DNA of 64,000 nt from Schizochytrium sp. TIO01 (lineage: Eukaryota; Protista; Bigyra: Labyrinthulomycetes). The stretch lies in the NCBI GenBank assembly GCA_004764695.1, contig SMSO01000031.1, positions 1,402,436-1,466,435 on the forward strand, in the 5' to 3' direction. The notes beneath the pieces are model-generated. The model saw nothing but the letters and a program-made list of their open reading frames with translations. It was not told the origin of the DNA and ran no database searches. A program made the position numbers and the translations under genes. Positions 45,694 to 56,236 of this stretch are shown piece after piece; the stretch's first letter is position 1, and every line of letters begins with the position of its first letter.

Positions 45694-47865
45694 TTATTGA
45701 AGACTGCGGAGTAAGCGGCGACGCTGACGAGCTCGGGGTGAACAACTTTGATCATTGGCATGATTCTCTTCCATTTCATGGGAGAAAGGACGTTTTCTTG
45801 AAAGTCCATGCCGAGAGCACTGTCGTTCAAGCGCAGCGACTCTAGAACTTTGTTCATGACAGCAGCTAGAGCAAGCCGCGAATGCGCAGTTTTTTGCAGC
45901 TTCTCCACCTTGACAGCCATAACATTTGAACTTTATCCTGCCGTTGTGGTGGAAGCAGTCTACGAGCCTTTGCCGAAGTACAAAACACGCACGACCTAGT
46001 TCAGCAATGGAGAACCCACTTAAAGCCCCCTCGTGAGGCAAAAGTCTATCGCGATAGCTGAGCGCCAATCTTTGGCGATAGGGAGTGAGCTGGATTGTCT
46101 GAAATGCAACACACCAGAGTGATTCTCGGTAAGGCTGGTGCGCGAGGGGGCGGCTCATTATTTCGAGTTCAACTCTTTCACCAAGCTCACCTAGCTCGTT
46201 ACTTGTCAAGAGCGACCAAAATGTTTTGCCTTTTGGCAATTTATCGCCTAGGAAGATGTCGAGGTCACCTTTTTTACGAAAGTCTCCCTTGGTTTCGAGA
46301 ATCTCGTGCAAGATTGCTCCCAGACTAGATCTATGCGACGAACCATTGCATGTTCTCAAACCCTCGTTCCCTTTTGACTGGACCGGTGGTATATTTGTTT
46401 CTCGACAGATGAAAGGATGTTCAACTTCTGTCAACAGAGAGCGCGTAAGATCATCTTGAAGATCTCCAGCCCAGGCAACTGGGGACGATGTCGTTTCACC
46501 ATCTCTGTGTGCTGTAATAGGGTTGCTATCTTGTAAAAGCTCATGTTGTAAGAGATCAAACTGCGGGATCCTATGGTGATCGTCAAGCCCTTCACCATGT
46601 TTTTCATCAATTTGGTTACCAAGTACAGTGTCAAGCCCGCAACGAGGAGAGCCCAGCTCTGTGCATGGAGATACCGTGACACAGTTCGGGGTGCTTGATC
46701 GACTTGACTGCAAGCTTCGCGATGCTCCACTGCTCGTGTTGGCGCTGGAAAAGTAATGATGTTTGGTAGTAGGTGTTCCCAAACTTTCAGAAACTACTTG
46801 TTGGGCCTGAGTAGGCAGATCTTCAAGCAACCTCATAAACATTTCATTATCACTTTCTTGCGATTCTTGATTTGCATGTTCTTCAACAATGTCTTTGATA
46901 TTACTTCCGCCTTCGGTTCCAATCTGTTTGCCCAATTCTCCGGAATTCTCCTTAATAAAACTTAGAGTTTTCTCGGCTGCATACATGACAGACGAAGTCA
47001 ACACAGCGTGCTCCACTTCGTTTTGGGTTTCCAGTTCCGTCATCGAAAGTGAAGCATCAAACGTCATTGATCGTGGGCGACTAACGTGTTCTTCCTCAAG
47101 TAGAGCGTTATTTACCAGCCCTATATTCTCCTTCTCCTCATCAAGGCTAGCTTCTGATTCAGGGGAGCATGCAGGTGTTGTTCGGCTCGAAGAGTCAGGA
47201 AAAGTATTCATTGAAGTACTTGGCGAGAAAGAAGACAAATCGCGAAGAGCTTCGCGAACAGCGTCTGCTCGGCGGTACTTCTCGGCTCGAGAGTGCCGCT
47301 GCGATTGGATAACCGAGCCTGGTGCTTGATGACTTTCTTTCGCCTTGAGATCAACATAACTAGAGCCAATAACAACATCAGAGATGTTGAGTTTGTCTCT
47401 AACAACTCCATCATGAAGAGTCGCCTTGCCCCGCGTCATATCTTCTTTGCCGACTTCATGGCCGACATCGACGTCTTCGCCAACGTCTAGAGAAATTCGG
47501 ACTTTGTTGTCCATGACCTCGTCGGGTTCTGCAAGCGTGCCTTTGCCCGCGCTACATCGAGGGCTTTGACAACATCGTGAGCCCATTACCTTTTCAACGT
47601 GACTTTTTGGGCCTACAACCCGAGATTGTACGCAAGAACAACGAAAAGGTGCCTGGCTATGCTCAGAAGGCTCAAGAGAAGGGACATCCTTGTCCTCTAC
47701 ATAATCATGTGCCCCGACACCCATCCACCCAGAGGAGCAGCCAGCCTTGGATACATGCATGGCATTCATCGTGGAGTTGAGTGCCTGTCCCATAACTTTC
47801 TTAGACTCCCCTCGCTTAACCTCAATGCTCCGTTCGGTGCTCTCGTATCGATCAAACTGCACCAC
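45694..47865 (-). CDS. Hypothetical protein, mostly low-complexity, with C-terminal C-x2-C..C-x4-C-x2-CC..C-x2-H zinc finger (SHI/LRP1-like pattern)
   Basis: 723-aa ORF (true start uncertain; the track opens at GTG); KCYGCQGGEAAKNCAFAACSSCCHEQ...QCSRH then basic RKRP and RARQRRR. Confidence 0.65.
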   Translation of the reverse strand: MVQFDRYESTERSIEVKRGESKKVMGQALNSTMNAMHVSKAGCSSGWMGVGAHDYVEDKDVPSLEPSEHSQAPFRCSCVQSRVVGPKSHVEKVMGSRCCQSPRCSAGKGTLAEPDEVMDNKVRISLDVGEDVDVGHEVGKEDMTRGKATLHDGVVRDKLNISDVVIGSSYVDLKAKESHQAPGSVIQSQRHSRAEKYRRADAVREALRDLSSFSPSTSMNTFPDSSSRTTPACSPESEASLDEEKENIGLVNNALLEEEHVSRPRSMTFDASLSMTELETQNEVEHAVLTSSVMYAAEKTLSFIKENSGELGKQIGTEGGSNIKDIVEEHANQESQESDNEMFMRLLEDLPTQAQQVVSESLGTPTTKHHYFSSANTSSGASRSLQSSRSSTPNCVTVSPCTELGSPRCGLDTVLGNQIDEKHGEGLDDHHRIPQFDLLQHELLQDSNPITAHRDGETTSSPVAWAGDLQDDLTRSLLTEVEHPFICRETNIPPVQSKGNEGLRTCNGSSHRSSLGAILHEILETKGDFRKKGDLDIFLGDKLPKGKTFWSLLTSNELGELGERVELEIMSRPLAHQPYRESLWCVAFQTIQLTPYRQRLALSYRDRLLPHEGALSGFSIAELGRACFVLRQRLVDCFHHNGRIKFKCYGCQGGEAAKNCAFAACSSCCHEQSSRVAALERQCSRHGLSRKRPFSHEMEENHANDQSCSPRARQRRRLLRSLQ

Positions 47866-48408
47866 AAGGTAATGTCTTCAAAATAGTTACTTTTCAGGTT
47901 TGGTGTTGCAATTATGCTTCTCAATTGTGCTTGGTTTGGATCCTTGTCCATTATCCCAAAATACTATACGGAATAACAAGCACTGGCCAACCAAGAACTT
48001 GTGTTCTCTTGAGAACCAAAGTGTTGTGTCACAGTCGTTGCACAATTCAGATCTTATATGTTATTTAGCGAAAACTATAGTTTTAAAAATAAGACTGAGA
48101 ACTTCAAATTTGAACACGACTACACATTTCTGACTTGAAAAGGCTCAGTAATAACTTTTATTGCTCTCTTGAGATGGGATATAGTCGAGACAAAATGCAA
48201 TCTAAGATGTTTCGTTTTAGTCTGTTTGGTCTTATGCTGAGGTAAGGATGCATCTTCGTTTTCTATCTTATTATTCAGGTGATAAGGTTATTATAACAAT
48301 ATAATTGTTTTTACAAAATTAGCTTAACTAAAAACATTAAAAATAAATTATTTTAAAAAATAATAAAAAGAAGGTGACGGATTCAAAGATAATCAGATTA
48401 CAATCTAA

Positions 48409-48494
48409 ATTGAATTTCGAATTTCGAATTTCGAATTTTTGAATTTTTGAATTTTGAATTTTATATTTTGAATTTTGAATTTTGAATTTTGAAT
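48409..48494. repeat. Degenerate (TTTGAA/TTCGAA)-core 7-8-mer repeat
   Basis: ttgaatttcgaatttcgaatttcgaatttttgaatttttgaattttgaa... read directly. Confidence 0.85.
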
Positions 48495-49049
48495 ATAAGT
48501 ACTAAAAAATTAATTTTTTAAAAGTTATAAACATATGACAATAAAGTACGGCATCTATCGCAGGACCATCAAACAACGCATAATAAGTAAAGGAACCGTC
48601 AGACATGATTGAAGATTAAAGAAAAAGTAGATAGAAGGAACGCCGTACAAACAAAGCAAGTTATTTTGGGAGGGAGGGAGGAGGGAGGGAAGGGAAACAA
48701 TGGTGGTGGTTGCTCTACAAAAAGGTGTTATCTGTTTTTTGTTTATCGGTATAAGGCGCGATGGAGGAGAGAAAAGGTGCAGTGCTCATGATGCACGGTA
48801 GAATAAACGGCCTTCATTTACGTAATTGTTATGGTTGTTTTGGGGGGGATGTTGATATGAACTGTATTTTTCTTGTCGTGGGCGCAAGAGAGAGGGCGGG
48901 TGCAGCTAGGAGAAACGGTGAATGCATTGTTGAATGCAAGAAAGAGACAGGCGAGCCAGCTTGCCCAGTCTCTAGCAACACAGGGCAAGCGCTGCGGAAA
49001 CCCGGGCTCGCAATGCAAGTGATAAGGGCTGATTAAGGTAGGTAGGCAC

Positions 49050-50624
49050 TTAGTTGTATGCTTCAAGAGCAGAAATGATCTTGCTCTCAAGGTTGGAGAG
49101 ATCATCGACGGGGATAAGCGGACGGTTTACCTCTGCATTAGCGAAGAGTGCACGCTCAATGTCCTTCATGAGGCCAAGGTCACGGAAGGCAGGGCTGCGA
49201 GCCACAAGAGAAACAGAAGCACCCTTCTTAGTCCAACGTCCCGAGCGGCCTATCCTGTGCACAAAATTCTCCGGGTCAGCTTCCTGCTCGCGGTTAACAG
49301 GAAGGTCGACATTAATAACTAAAGTCACATTGGGGTTGTCAATACCGCGCGAGGTGACATCAGTAGAAACGAGAGCCTTGCGCTCACCGCGCTTGAACTC
49401 ACTGAGCACAATGTCACGCTCGGCCTTATCCATGTCACCATGGATCTGACCGACCGGGAAGTTTAGCCCGCGAAGATAATCCGCGAGGCGTTGTACACGA
49501 TCTTTACGATTGCAAAAGATAACGGACTGCCCCTCGCTGAGCTGAGAGAGGTTCTCCCAGATCTCATTAATGGCCTCAAACTTCTTCTTATAGATTTCCT
49601 CTTCGTTGCGCTCATTCTCATCTCCAATATAGACAACGAAGTTGACGACTTTGTCGAGAGTGACATCCTCCTTGCGCAGCGTGATCTCGTGGTACTTGGA
49701 CTCGTCCATGTCATGTCCACCAACGAACTGGCGGGCAATCTGTCGTACATTTTCGGTGAAGGTGGCCGAAAAGAGCAAAATTTGGCACGGCTTGTCCTTG
49801 CGCTTCTTGAGAATAATGTCGCGAATCTCCTGAACGTCCTGTCCAAATCCGTGAGGTGGCTGCTGCACCATCTTGTCAGCTTCATCAAGAATAAGAACGC
49901 GGCACTCAGACGGATCGATCATAGGCTTGCGCTTCTTGCGTCCCATGGCATTTTTGAGGTAGTTCTTGACCATTCCAGGTGTTCCCACAACGACCTGCTC
50001 ATCAAAGTCTTCACCTTCACTAAGTGCCCACGGCGCCGCCGCGCTCCCTTCCGCGAGGGGTCCATTTTTGGACCTAGCAGACATAACTCTGCGTGCTTTA
50101 ATGCCCTTGTCGGATCCCAGTGCGTTGACCTCCTGTGCAATCTGCGTGCACAGCTCCTGAGTGACAGCCAAGATAATAGCCTGAGGCGTGCTGGGCTTCT
50201 TATCTGCAGAGATCCTTGCAAGCATAGAGATGACAAAGGTACCGGTCTTACCCGTGCCGGCTTGAGCCTGTCCGATAAGGTTTCGTGGAGGGTCGCTGAT
50301 CACAAGCGGAAGTCCAATTTGCTGGATCTTAGACATAGTGCTCCAGCCCTTGACGTTCGCGATAGACTTCTTGAGGTCGTCATCAATCGCAAGGGCTGAG
50401 AAACTTGTCACTGCCTGCGTCTTGGGCTCGTCCACGGGGCACCCGGCCTCGCGTACTACAAGAGCACCGCTGTGCAGGTCTGGAGCTCCGTGGACGTCGA
50501 GGTCCAACTTAGCCGCATGTTCGCTCAGAGCGGCCACAGCGTCTCCCTCCGTGTCATTTTCGACATCATCCGCCCACGACGACTTGGGCTCGGCCGGTGG
50601 TGCGGCTGCGGCAGGTTCAGACAT
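49050..50624 (-). CDS. DBP5: DEAD-box RNA helicase Dbp5/DDX19 (mRNA export)
   Basis: SWADD N-terminus, SKIQ...PPRNLIGQAQAGTGKT, GTPG, LDEADKM, LFSATF, GQSVIFC, RGID, NVDLP...ADPENFVHRIGRSGRW. Confidence 0.93.
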   Translation of the reverse strand: MSEPAAAAPPAEPKSSWADDVENDTEGDAVAALSEHAAKLDLDVHGAPDLHSGALVVREAGCPVDEPKTQAVTSFSALAIDDDLKKSIANVKGWSTMSKIQQIGLPLVISDPPRNLIGQAQAGTGKTGTFVISMLARISADKKPSTPQAIILAVTQELCTQIAQEVNALGSDKGIKARRVMSARSKNGPLAEGSAAAPWALSEGEDFDEQVVVGTPGMVKNYLKNAMGRKKRKPMIDPSECRVLILDEADKMVQQPPHGFGQDVQEIRDIILKKRKDKPCQILLFSATFTENVRQIARQFVGGHDMDESKYHEITLRKEDVTLDKVVNFVVYIGDENERNEEEIYKKKFEAINEIWENLSQLSEGQSVIFCNRKDRVQRLADYLRGLNFPVGQIHGDMDKAERDIVLSEFKRGERKALVSTDVTSRGIDNPNVTLVINVDLPVNREQEADPENFVHRIGRSGRWTKKGASVSLVARSPAFRDLGLMKDIERALFANAEVNRPLIPVDDLSNLESKIISALEAYN

Positions 50625-51361
50625 AGTAATATCTCAGAGTGAGGGCCAGAGCAGCAATAGGCGGAGCAGTCAGCAAAGAGGCGAGAGCGTCCTCGCTTCG
50701 CTTCAATCCGTTCGAGGTTTGCTTTGACTGCTTCCGTCAACTAACTATCTTATATCTCTTTATCTGCTATCTGACGTTCCAGACGCAGGAACGAAAGCAC
50801 ACAGCGCGAGCAAGGCCACTGAGGAGGTTTTGCACCGGCAGCGACCGGGCCCGGGGTGCGAGGGAAGATCCTCGAGGCGTCCACGTGGATCAGACTCGAC
50901 ACAAGAGACCTCCTTCCCACGGGGGTAGCGAGAGAAGGTAGTCGAGAGAAAGAACAACAGACATAGTAAAATAAAACTACGGCTTGCTTCCTTAGTCTCG
51001 GCTATCCTCTCCTCCTAACTCTACCTGGTAGGTAAGGTACCTAGCTAGCTAGAGACAGATAAACGCCACTGCTGTTCATTCCCTTCTTCTCCGTCTTCTC
51101 CGTCTTCTCCGTCTTCTCCTTCTCCTTCAAGCTACAACAAACTAATGACGAACCACAGAAACAAAGAGAGTGTTCCTTCTTGATGATTCTTGATCCTTCC
51201 TTCTTCTTCTGCTCGTCCTCCTTCTGCCCGCGAGAAGTGGAGACACTGGCAAGCAAGCCGCAGCAGGACAGAGACGCGAGCACACTTGGACGCGGCAGGA
51301 GCGAGGAGAGAGCGCCGGCGATGCGATGGGGAGTGCGTGCCTCAGCTGGATGCGACTGCGG

Positions 51362-51530
51362 AGTTTGAACTTCTTCGAGAGCGTGAATTGAGTTTTTGAA
51401 AAGATGGATTCTCGAATTTGAGTTTGAATTCGAAGAATTTGAATTTGAAGAATTTGAATTTTGAACTCAAACTCAAACTCAAACTCAAAAGCAAAAGCAA
51501 AAGCAAAAGCAAAAGCAAAAGCAAAAGCAA
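51362..51530. repeat. Compound TTTGAA/TTTGAG - (CTCAAA)n - (AAAAGC)n repeat
   Basis: Read directly in the DBP5/RCC1-like divergent intergenic region. Confidence 0.85.
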
Positions 51531-51685
51531 GACCAAGCTCGAAACTGAAAGTTGCGGGCCCGTTGCGCTGGAGCATGGGCCGACGCCTGCTCGAGCTTGA
51601 GACGAAACAGGCCGCATGAGAAGGCCGTGTTTCGATGGGCGGGCATATCTTGAGAGCGAGAGTGCGCTGCGATTGGTCGCCTGCC

Positions 51686-51797
<112 letters not shown>

Positions 51798-52469
51798 GTG
51801 AGTCCATTTTTATCTTGAGTGGATGGTAGCCTGTCGTAGATGACTCTTAAGAGCGGTTGTGCCAAGACCAATCGACCGCAGAAGCTAAATTTGAGCAGCT
51901 CTGCTCTCCATGAACTGAAATTTGCGGCCAGAGTTCTTGGGTGCGTCTTGATCATGGATGGGCAGGGTTAGCTCGAGCATTGTCAGACCTCCATCTACCC
52001 GAGGAATAGCTGTGGTCATTCTATGAATAAGTCCAAGGTGAAGTCCAGCCATACTATGCAATACAGTTCCAAAGATGCACAACCCTTTCCCATGTCCTCA
52101 TGATGTCTCAATATGATATGTTCTTTCCGTTCTAAAGAGAAGGACTTTAGTACAAAAGAGGCGTCCTAAATTAATTTACCAGAGTTGCTGTCGTAAATTC
52201 CCTGCCGCACGCAATTCAAAGGACTACTAGTACTACCACCTACTACGTGATACTACGAAGGTATACCTAGTTGTAGAAAAATTGCAAACTCCGAACTTGA
52301 GTTCAATCAAGTTCGGACTCGGATCGTGCTGTGCGCTTCTCCGCATCTCTACCGATCATCCATTTTGCTCTCGAGCATCTTTTGCAAAAGTCTCTTCTGT
52401 GGTTCACAGTACAGCTGGTTAGTTAGCTGGCTGCCTTTCTACAGATACATTGACATACAGACCACCACC

Positions 52470-53903
52470 ATGACGGCGCTGGGCTCCCTAACAGGTGCCA
52501 AGCGGATGCTTAGCTCTTCTGCCGGAACCGCCCTTCGCGGCGTATGGGCTCGAGGCATTGGTATCAACGGTGCCCTCGGTACAGGTAGTCTCGATAACGC
52601 TGACAGCCCTACACAGATCCACGGCGACCTCGACACCAAGCAGGCCCAGCCTGTAAAACTTGCAGCGGGCTTTGGCCACAGCGCCGTTCTTGACGACCAA
52701 GGTCGCGTTTATCTCTTTGGTCGCACCCACGATACCCGGCTTACTGTGCGTCTGGGTCGCTATGCGAAATCAAGCATGGTGATGCAGTATGTCATGCGGA
52801 TGATGGGTGTGGAGACATCTGTGGATGCGATTGAGCCAAAGGAGGTATTGAGCTACAAGGTGTACAAGGACCTTGGTGAGGACGATATTGAGCAGGACTC
52901 ACGGAAAAGGGGTCTTGAGACAAAGTTTGAGGGTTACTCGACAGAACCTATTCGGGAAGTTGTGTGTGGTGCCGGTGTGACAGCTTTCATTACGAAGGAA
53001 ACGGACACGCTTTTTGTATTTGGCGAGAATGTCTATGGACAGTGCGCGACGGGAACCACAGACTCGTACTTCTGGGACCCGAGGACTACAATTGGTCTTC
53101 CTGAAGATGATGATGCCGTGGCCAGCGTTGCGTTGGGATTCAGACACGGAGTTGTGGCTACGAAAGTGAGCGGCAAAGTCTTCGCGTGGGGCAAGGGACA
53201 GCGCGGTCAACTCGGAATCGGTCTGCGCGGTATTGACGACTTCTTCGTCATGCAAGAGGTCAGAGATCTACCTGGACCGGCCATCAAGGTTGCTGCTGGC
53301 ATGAACAGCAGCGCAGCCTTGCTCAAGGATGGTCGTGTCTTTGTGTGGGGCAAGATGCAATCTCGCCAGTTGGACGAGGCCAAAAGCAACTACGAGGACC
53401 AGGTTTCACCAAGAGAGGTCGAGTTCGGCCCTGAGGCAGGCCCGGTGCTTGACATTTGGGCAGGCCCGCAGAGTTATGTCGCTTTAGTTAAAGATTCTCA
53501 GGGCCACGGCTGCAAGCTTTACCAGTGGGGTCTCATGTCCGACAAGGAAACTTCAAGCTCCGAGGCTGTGACCAAGCAGATTGAACCATTCATGGAGGAG
53601 GGATTTTGGAAGTCCACCAACAAATACAAGGCCACAGCTCGCACAGTCCTTGACCCTGTACCTGTTTTTACCCCTTTCGAGCTTTCCGCCGAGCACAAGA
53701 CTCCTCAGCTTGAAGTTACAATTGGAACTGAGGGCATTTGCGTGGTTGGTGAGGATCTTGCTGTTCCTTATGTCTGGGACTGGAATCTACGCCCAGTGCC
53801 TCTGCAGTTACATGACCCGACCTTGGCAAGCTTTATCTCAACGCACGGGATCAAATCTATTGCCCAGGGATGGCAACATACTTTGTTCCTGAGTGCCAAG
53901 TAA
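52470..53903 (+). CDS. RCC1-repeat protein, probably mitochondrial (RCC1L/WBSCR16-like)
   Basis: RCC1 repeats AAGFGHSAVL..GRVYLFG, FGENVYGQC, ALGFRHG..GKVFAWGKGQRGQLG, AAGMNSSAALLKDGRVFVWG, AQGWQHTL; presequence-like MTALGSLTGAKRMLSS; accATG at 52470. Confidence 0.85.
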   Translation: MTALGSLTGAKRMLSSSAGTALRGVWARGIGINGALGTGSLDNADSPTQIHGDLDTKQAQPVKLAAGFGHSAVLDDQGRVYLFGRTHDTRLTVRLGRYAKSSMVMQYVMRMMGVETSVDAIEPKEVLSYKVYKDLGEDDIEQDSRKRGLETKFEGYSTEPIREVVCGAGVTAFITKETDTLFVFGENVYGQCATGTTDSYFWDPRTTIGLPEDDDAVASVALGFRHGVVATKVSGKVFAWGKGQRGQLGIGLRGIDDFFVMQEVRDLPGPAIKVAAGMNSSAALLKDGRVFVWGKMQSRQLDEAKSNYEDQVSPREVEFGPEAGPVLDIWAGPQSYVALVKDSQGHGCKLYQWGLMSDKETSSSEAVTKQIEPFMEEGFWKSTNKYKATARTVLDPVPVFTPFELSAEHKTPQLEVTIGTEGICVVGEDLAVPYVWDWNLRPVPLQLHDPTLASFISTHGIKSIAQGWQHTLFLSAK

Positions 53904-56236
53904 ATCAAGAAACTGACTAGTTGTTTATGAGCCATGATTAACGACTAGTCCTAATTACAACTGACTGAGTCGATCGGCTCTTCTATTTAGATTTTGCTAG
54001 ATGAACACATACATAATACTCTCTCTGTGCTACTACTTACTCGCTATAAACTTTGCCCTTCCAAGATTTTGCCAACTCTGTTCTCTCCCTCCTTGAATGG
54101 ATGAGTTTTCTATAGCAGTAACAGTGCTAAGTGCCTATTAAGTATGTGTTTTAAAAAGGATAAACATATGTCTGAGACATATATGTATAACATACCCATC
54201 ATGAGAACATGGTGGTAATGGATTGATTTGATTGTTTGTCTTTCGAGAATGAGTTTGTCTCCATGAAGGAAATAGTGTGGAGATAAAGAGGACAAAAAAA
54301 GTGGGTGGTTCATACCTGACACAGAGTCTACGAGGCGGTTTTCGACGCTACGCGAGGTGTTCTATTATTTTCACCCATGTACGTAGCCACCGCAGGTCGC
54401 ATACTCTGCTTCTACTATCTGATAGAACCTAATCACTCCATTGTGATCTCCGGTATGATAAATTGCTTCTTGTGTCACTAGTTTAAGTAGCTCATAGCGT
54501 ATGCTCTCTTTCCTTGTTTCCCCAAAACACAAAACCATGTTAAAGTTGGTGGCATCTATACGGCTGTCCCCGCATCCCCTTTCTTCCTGCATGTAATACC
54601 ATACCTGAACCAAGAAGAAAACTTAACTGAGGAAAACAGATGTGTGCCGAAGCGTGATGATCACTTTCCTTCTAGACAAAGTCGAATGTGCCTTAGCTTG
54701 CAAAAGAAAAATCGCAGGTATAAGTACCAATAGATCATCAAAAAACAAAATAAAAGGACCGTGTCAACAAAACACGCGCAGCTTTCAGGTCAGCGTTTTT
54801 CATCAAGATACTGACTATTGGAAGTTAATGAGGTATTTCTTTCAAAATTCTCTCACTCTTCATCATCGATACCAAATCTCAAATCACTTCAGAAAAGTGG
54901 CCAGTGTCATAATCTACCGAAAGATACCTGAACGGTACCATTGATTGTGAGTCAGACCCACCACCCAAAAGTTGACACTGGGCAATTATACACTCTTCCG
55001 TCTCTGCAGGCGAGCGCTAGAGCTGCGAGCGAAGGCAGCGGCTACATGCTGTCGGTTATGTTCGTACCAACTTCACTCTCTCGCTATCTATCCCAAGCTA
55101 TGCAGCTAAGTTCAAGACAGAGAAATTGCAAAGCCACCAAACATGCCAGCCTTGCATGATGCAAATACCTGCTCATCTAGTTCTAGAAGTCATTAAAGAC
55201 CTATTGCTTGCTACTAAAAACTGCTCGGCAAGCGTGATTGAGAGAGAAACTGATCCCAAGAGCGCTGCATCTCTTCCCAGAGGAAAGAGGAATCAGGTGC
55301 CACCTACTTACAAATTGGCGACAAGAACAATGAGCTCTCCTTCGTCAGCGACTTCAGCAGCAACCATTGCCTCGAATTTGAACTTAAAGCGAGTATCCCG
55401 TGAAGCATACCCACCAGTCAGCATATACGAGTCCACCTGATCTTCCATAAATCTATAATACACACTGCGTAATAACTTTCTATCCTACATAATTATGATA
55501 CAGGCAAAACACATTTACGAGCGAACAAACAGCAAACACAGAGACAGACGAGGGAAAGTGCTGCTGCGAACCCCTGGGGATTCATAAGGCAGCGTGAAAC
55601 ATACGCACTCCAGTCCGATACTCGGGTCATTTACTGCATTCTTTCAACACAGCGGGACAGCGAAACACATTGATCAAGAAAATCAAACTGTCTGCCATCC
55701 CTTCTTCTCAGCAAAAGTTGCCACAGATTCATAGTATAATCGAACAAAAAGTTACATGGCATGCAAAATAGAGTACAGTCGACCAAATCAGACCCATATC
55801 ATACAATCAGGCAGTCATGCGAAATAGAATACACAAAAAAGAAGTCAGATTCACAAGAATTGTTGCTTCTGTCACGTCAGTAGTAGTAGATCACATTCAT
55901 CACCAAAAGCTATAGGTACAAACCCTGAAGGATTTTAATTTTCACTACCGAACTATACGCCAACAGTATTGTAAACACTGACGCGCTTTAGTATGACGGC
56001 GTGGGATTTTTTTGCATCATGATCAGCATATAAATAGATATATATATATGTATACATGAGAGGCCGGGTGGTGGTAGATTACATTGGAGCTCCCGCATGA
56101 GCCCCTTGACCACGGCCTCTCGCTACTGAAGAGACAAAAGAGAGCATGCCAGCAAGTTTGCTTGCATAACCATGCTTTGCTTCTGTGTAAGACAGTAGTC
56201 GAAAGTGAATTAACCGGACAAGGGAAGGGGGGAAAC

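Noticed and set aside
45630-45920. Overlapping 96-aa frame as a frameshifted C-terminus of the 723-aa protein
   Set aside because: The main frame already encodes a coherent zinc-finger motif there, so no frameshift is needed.
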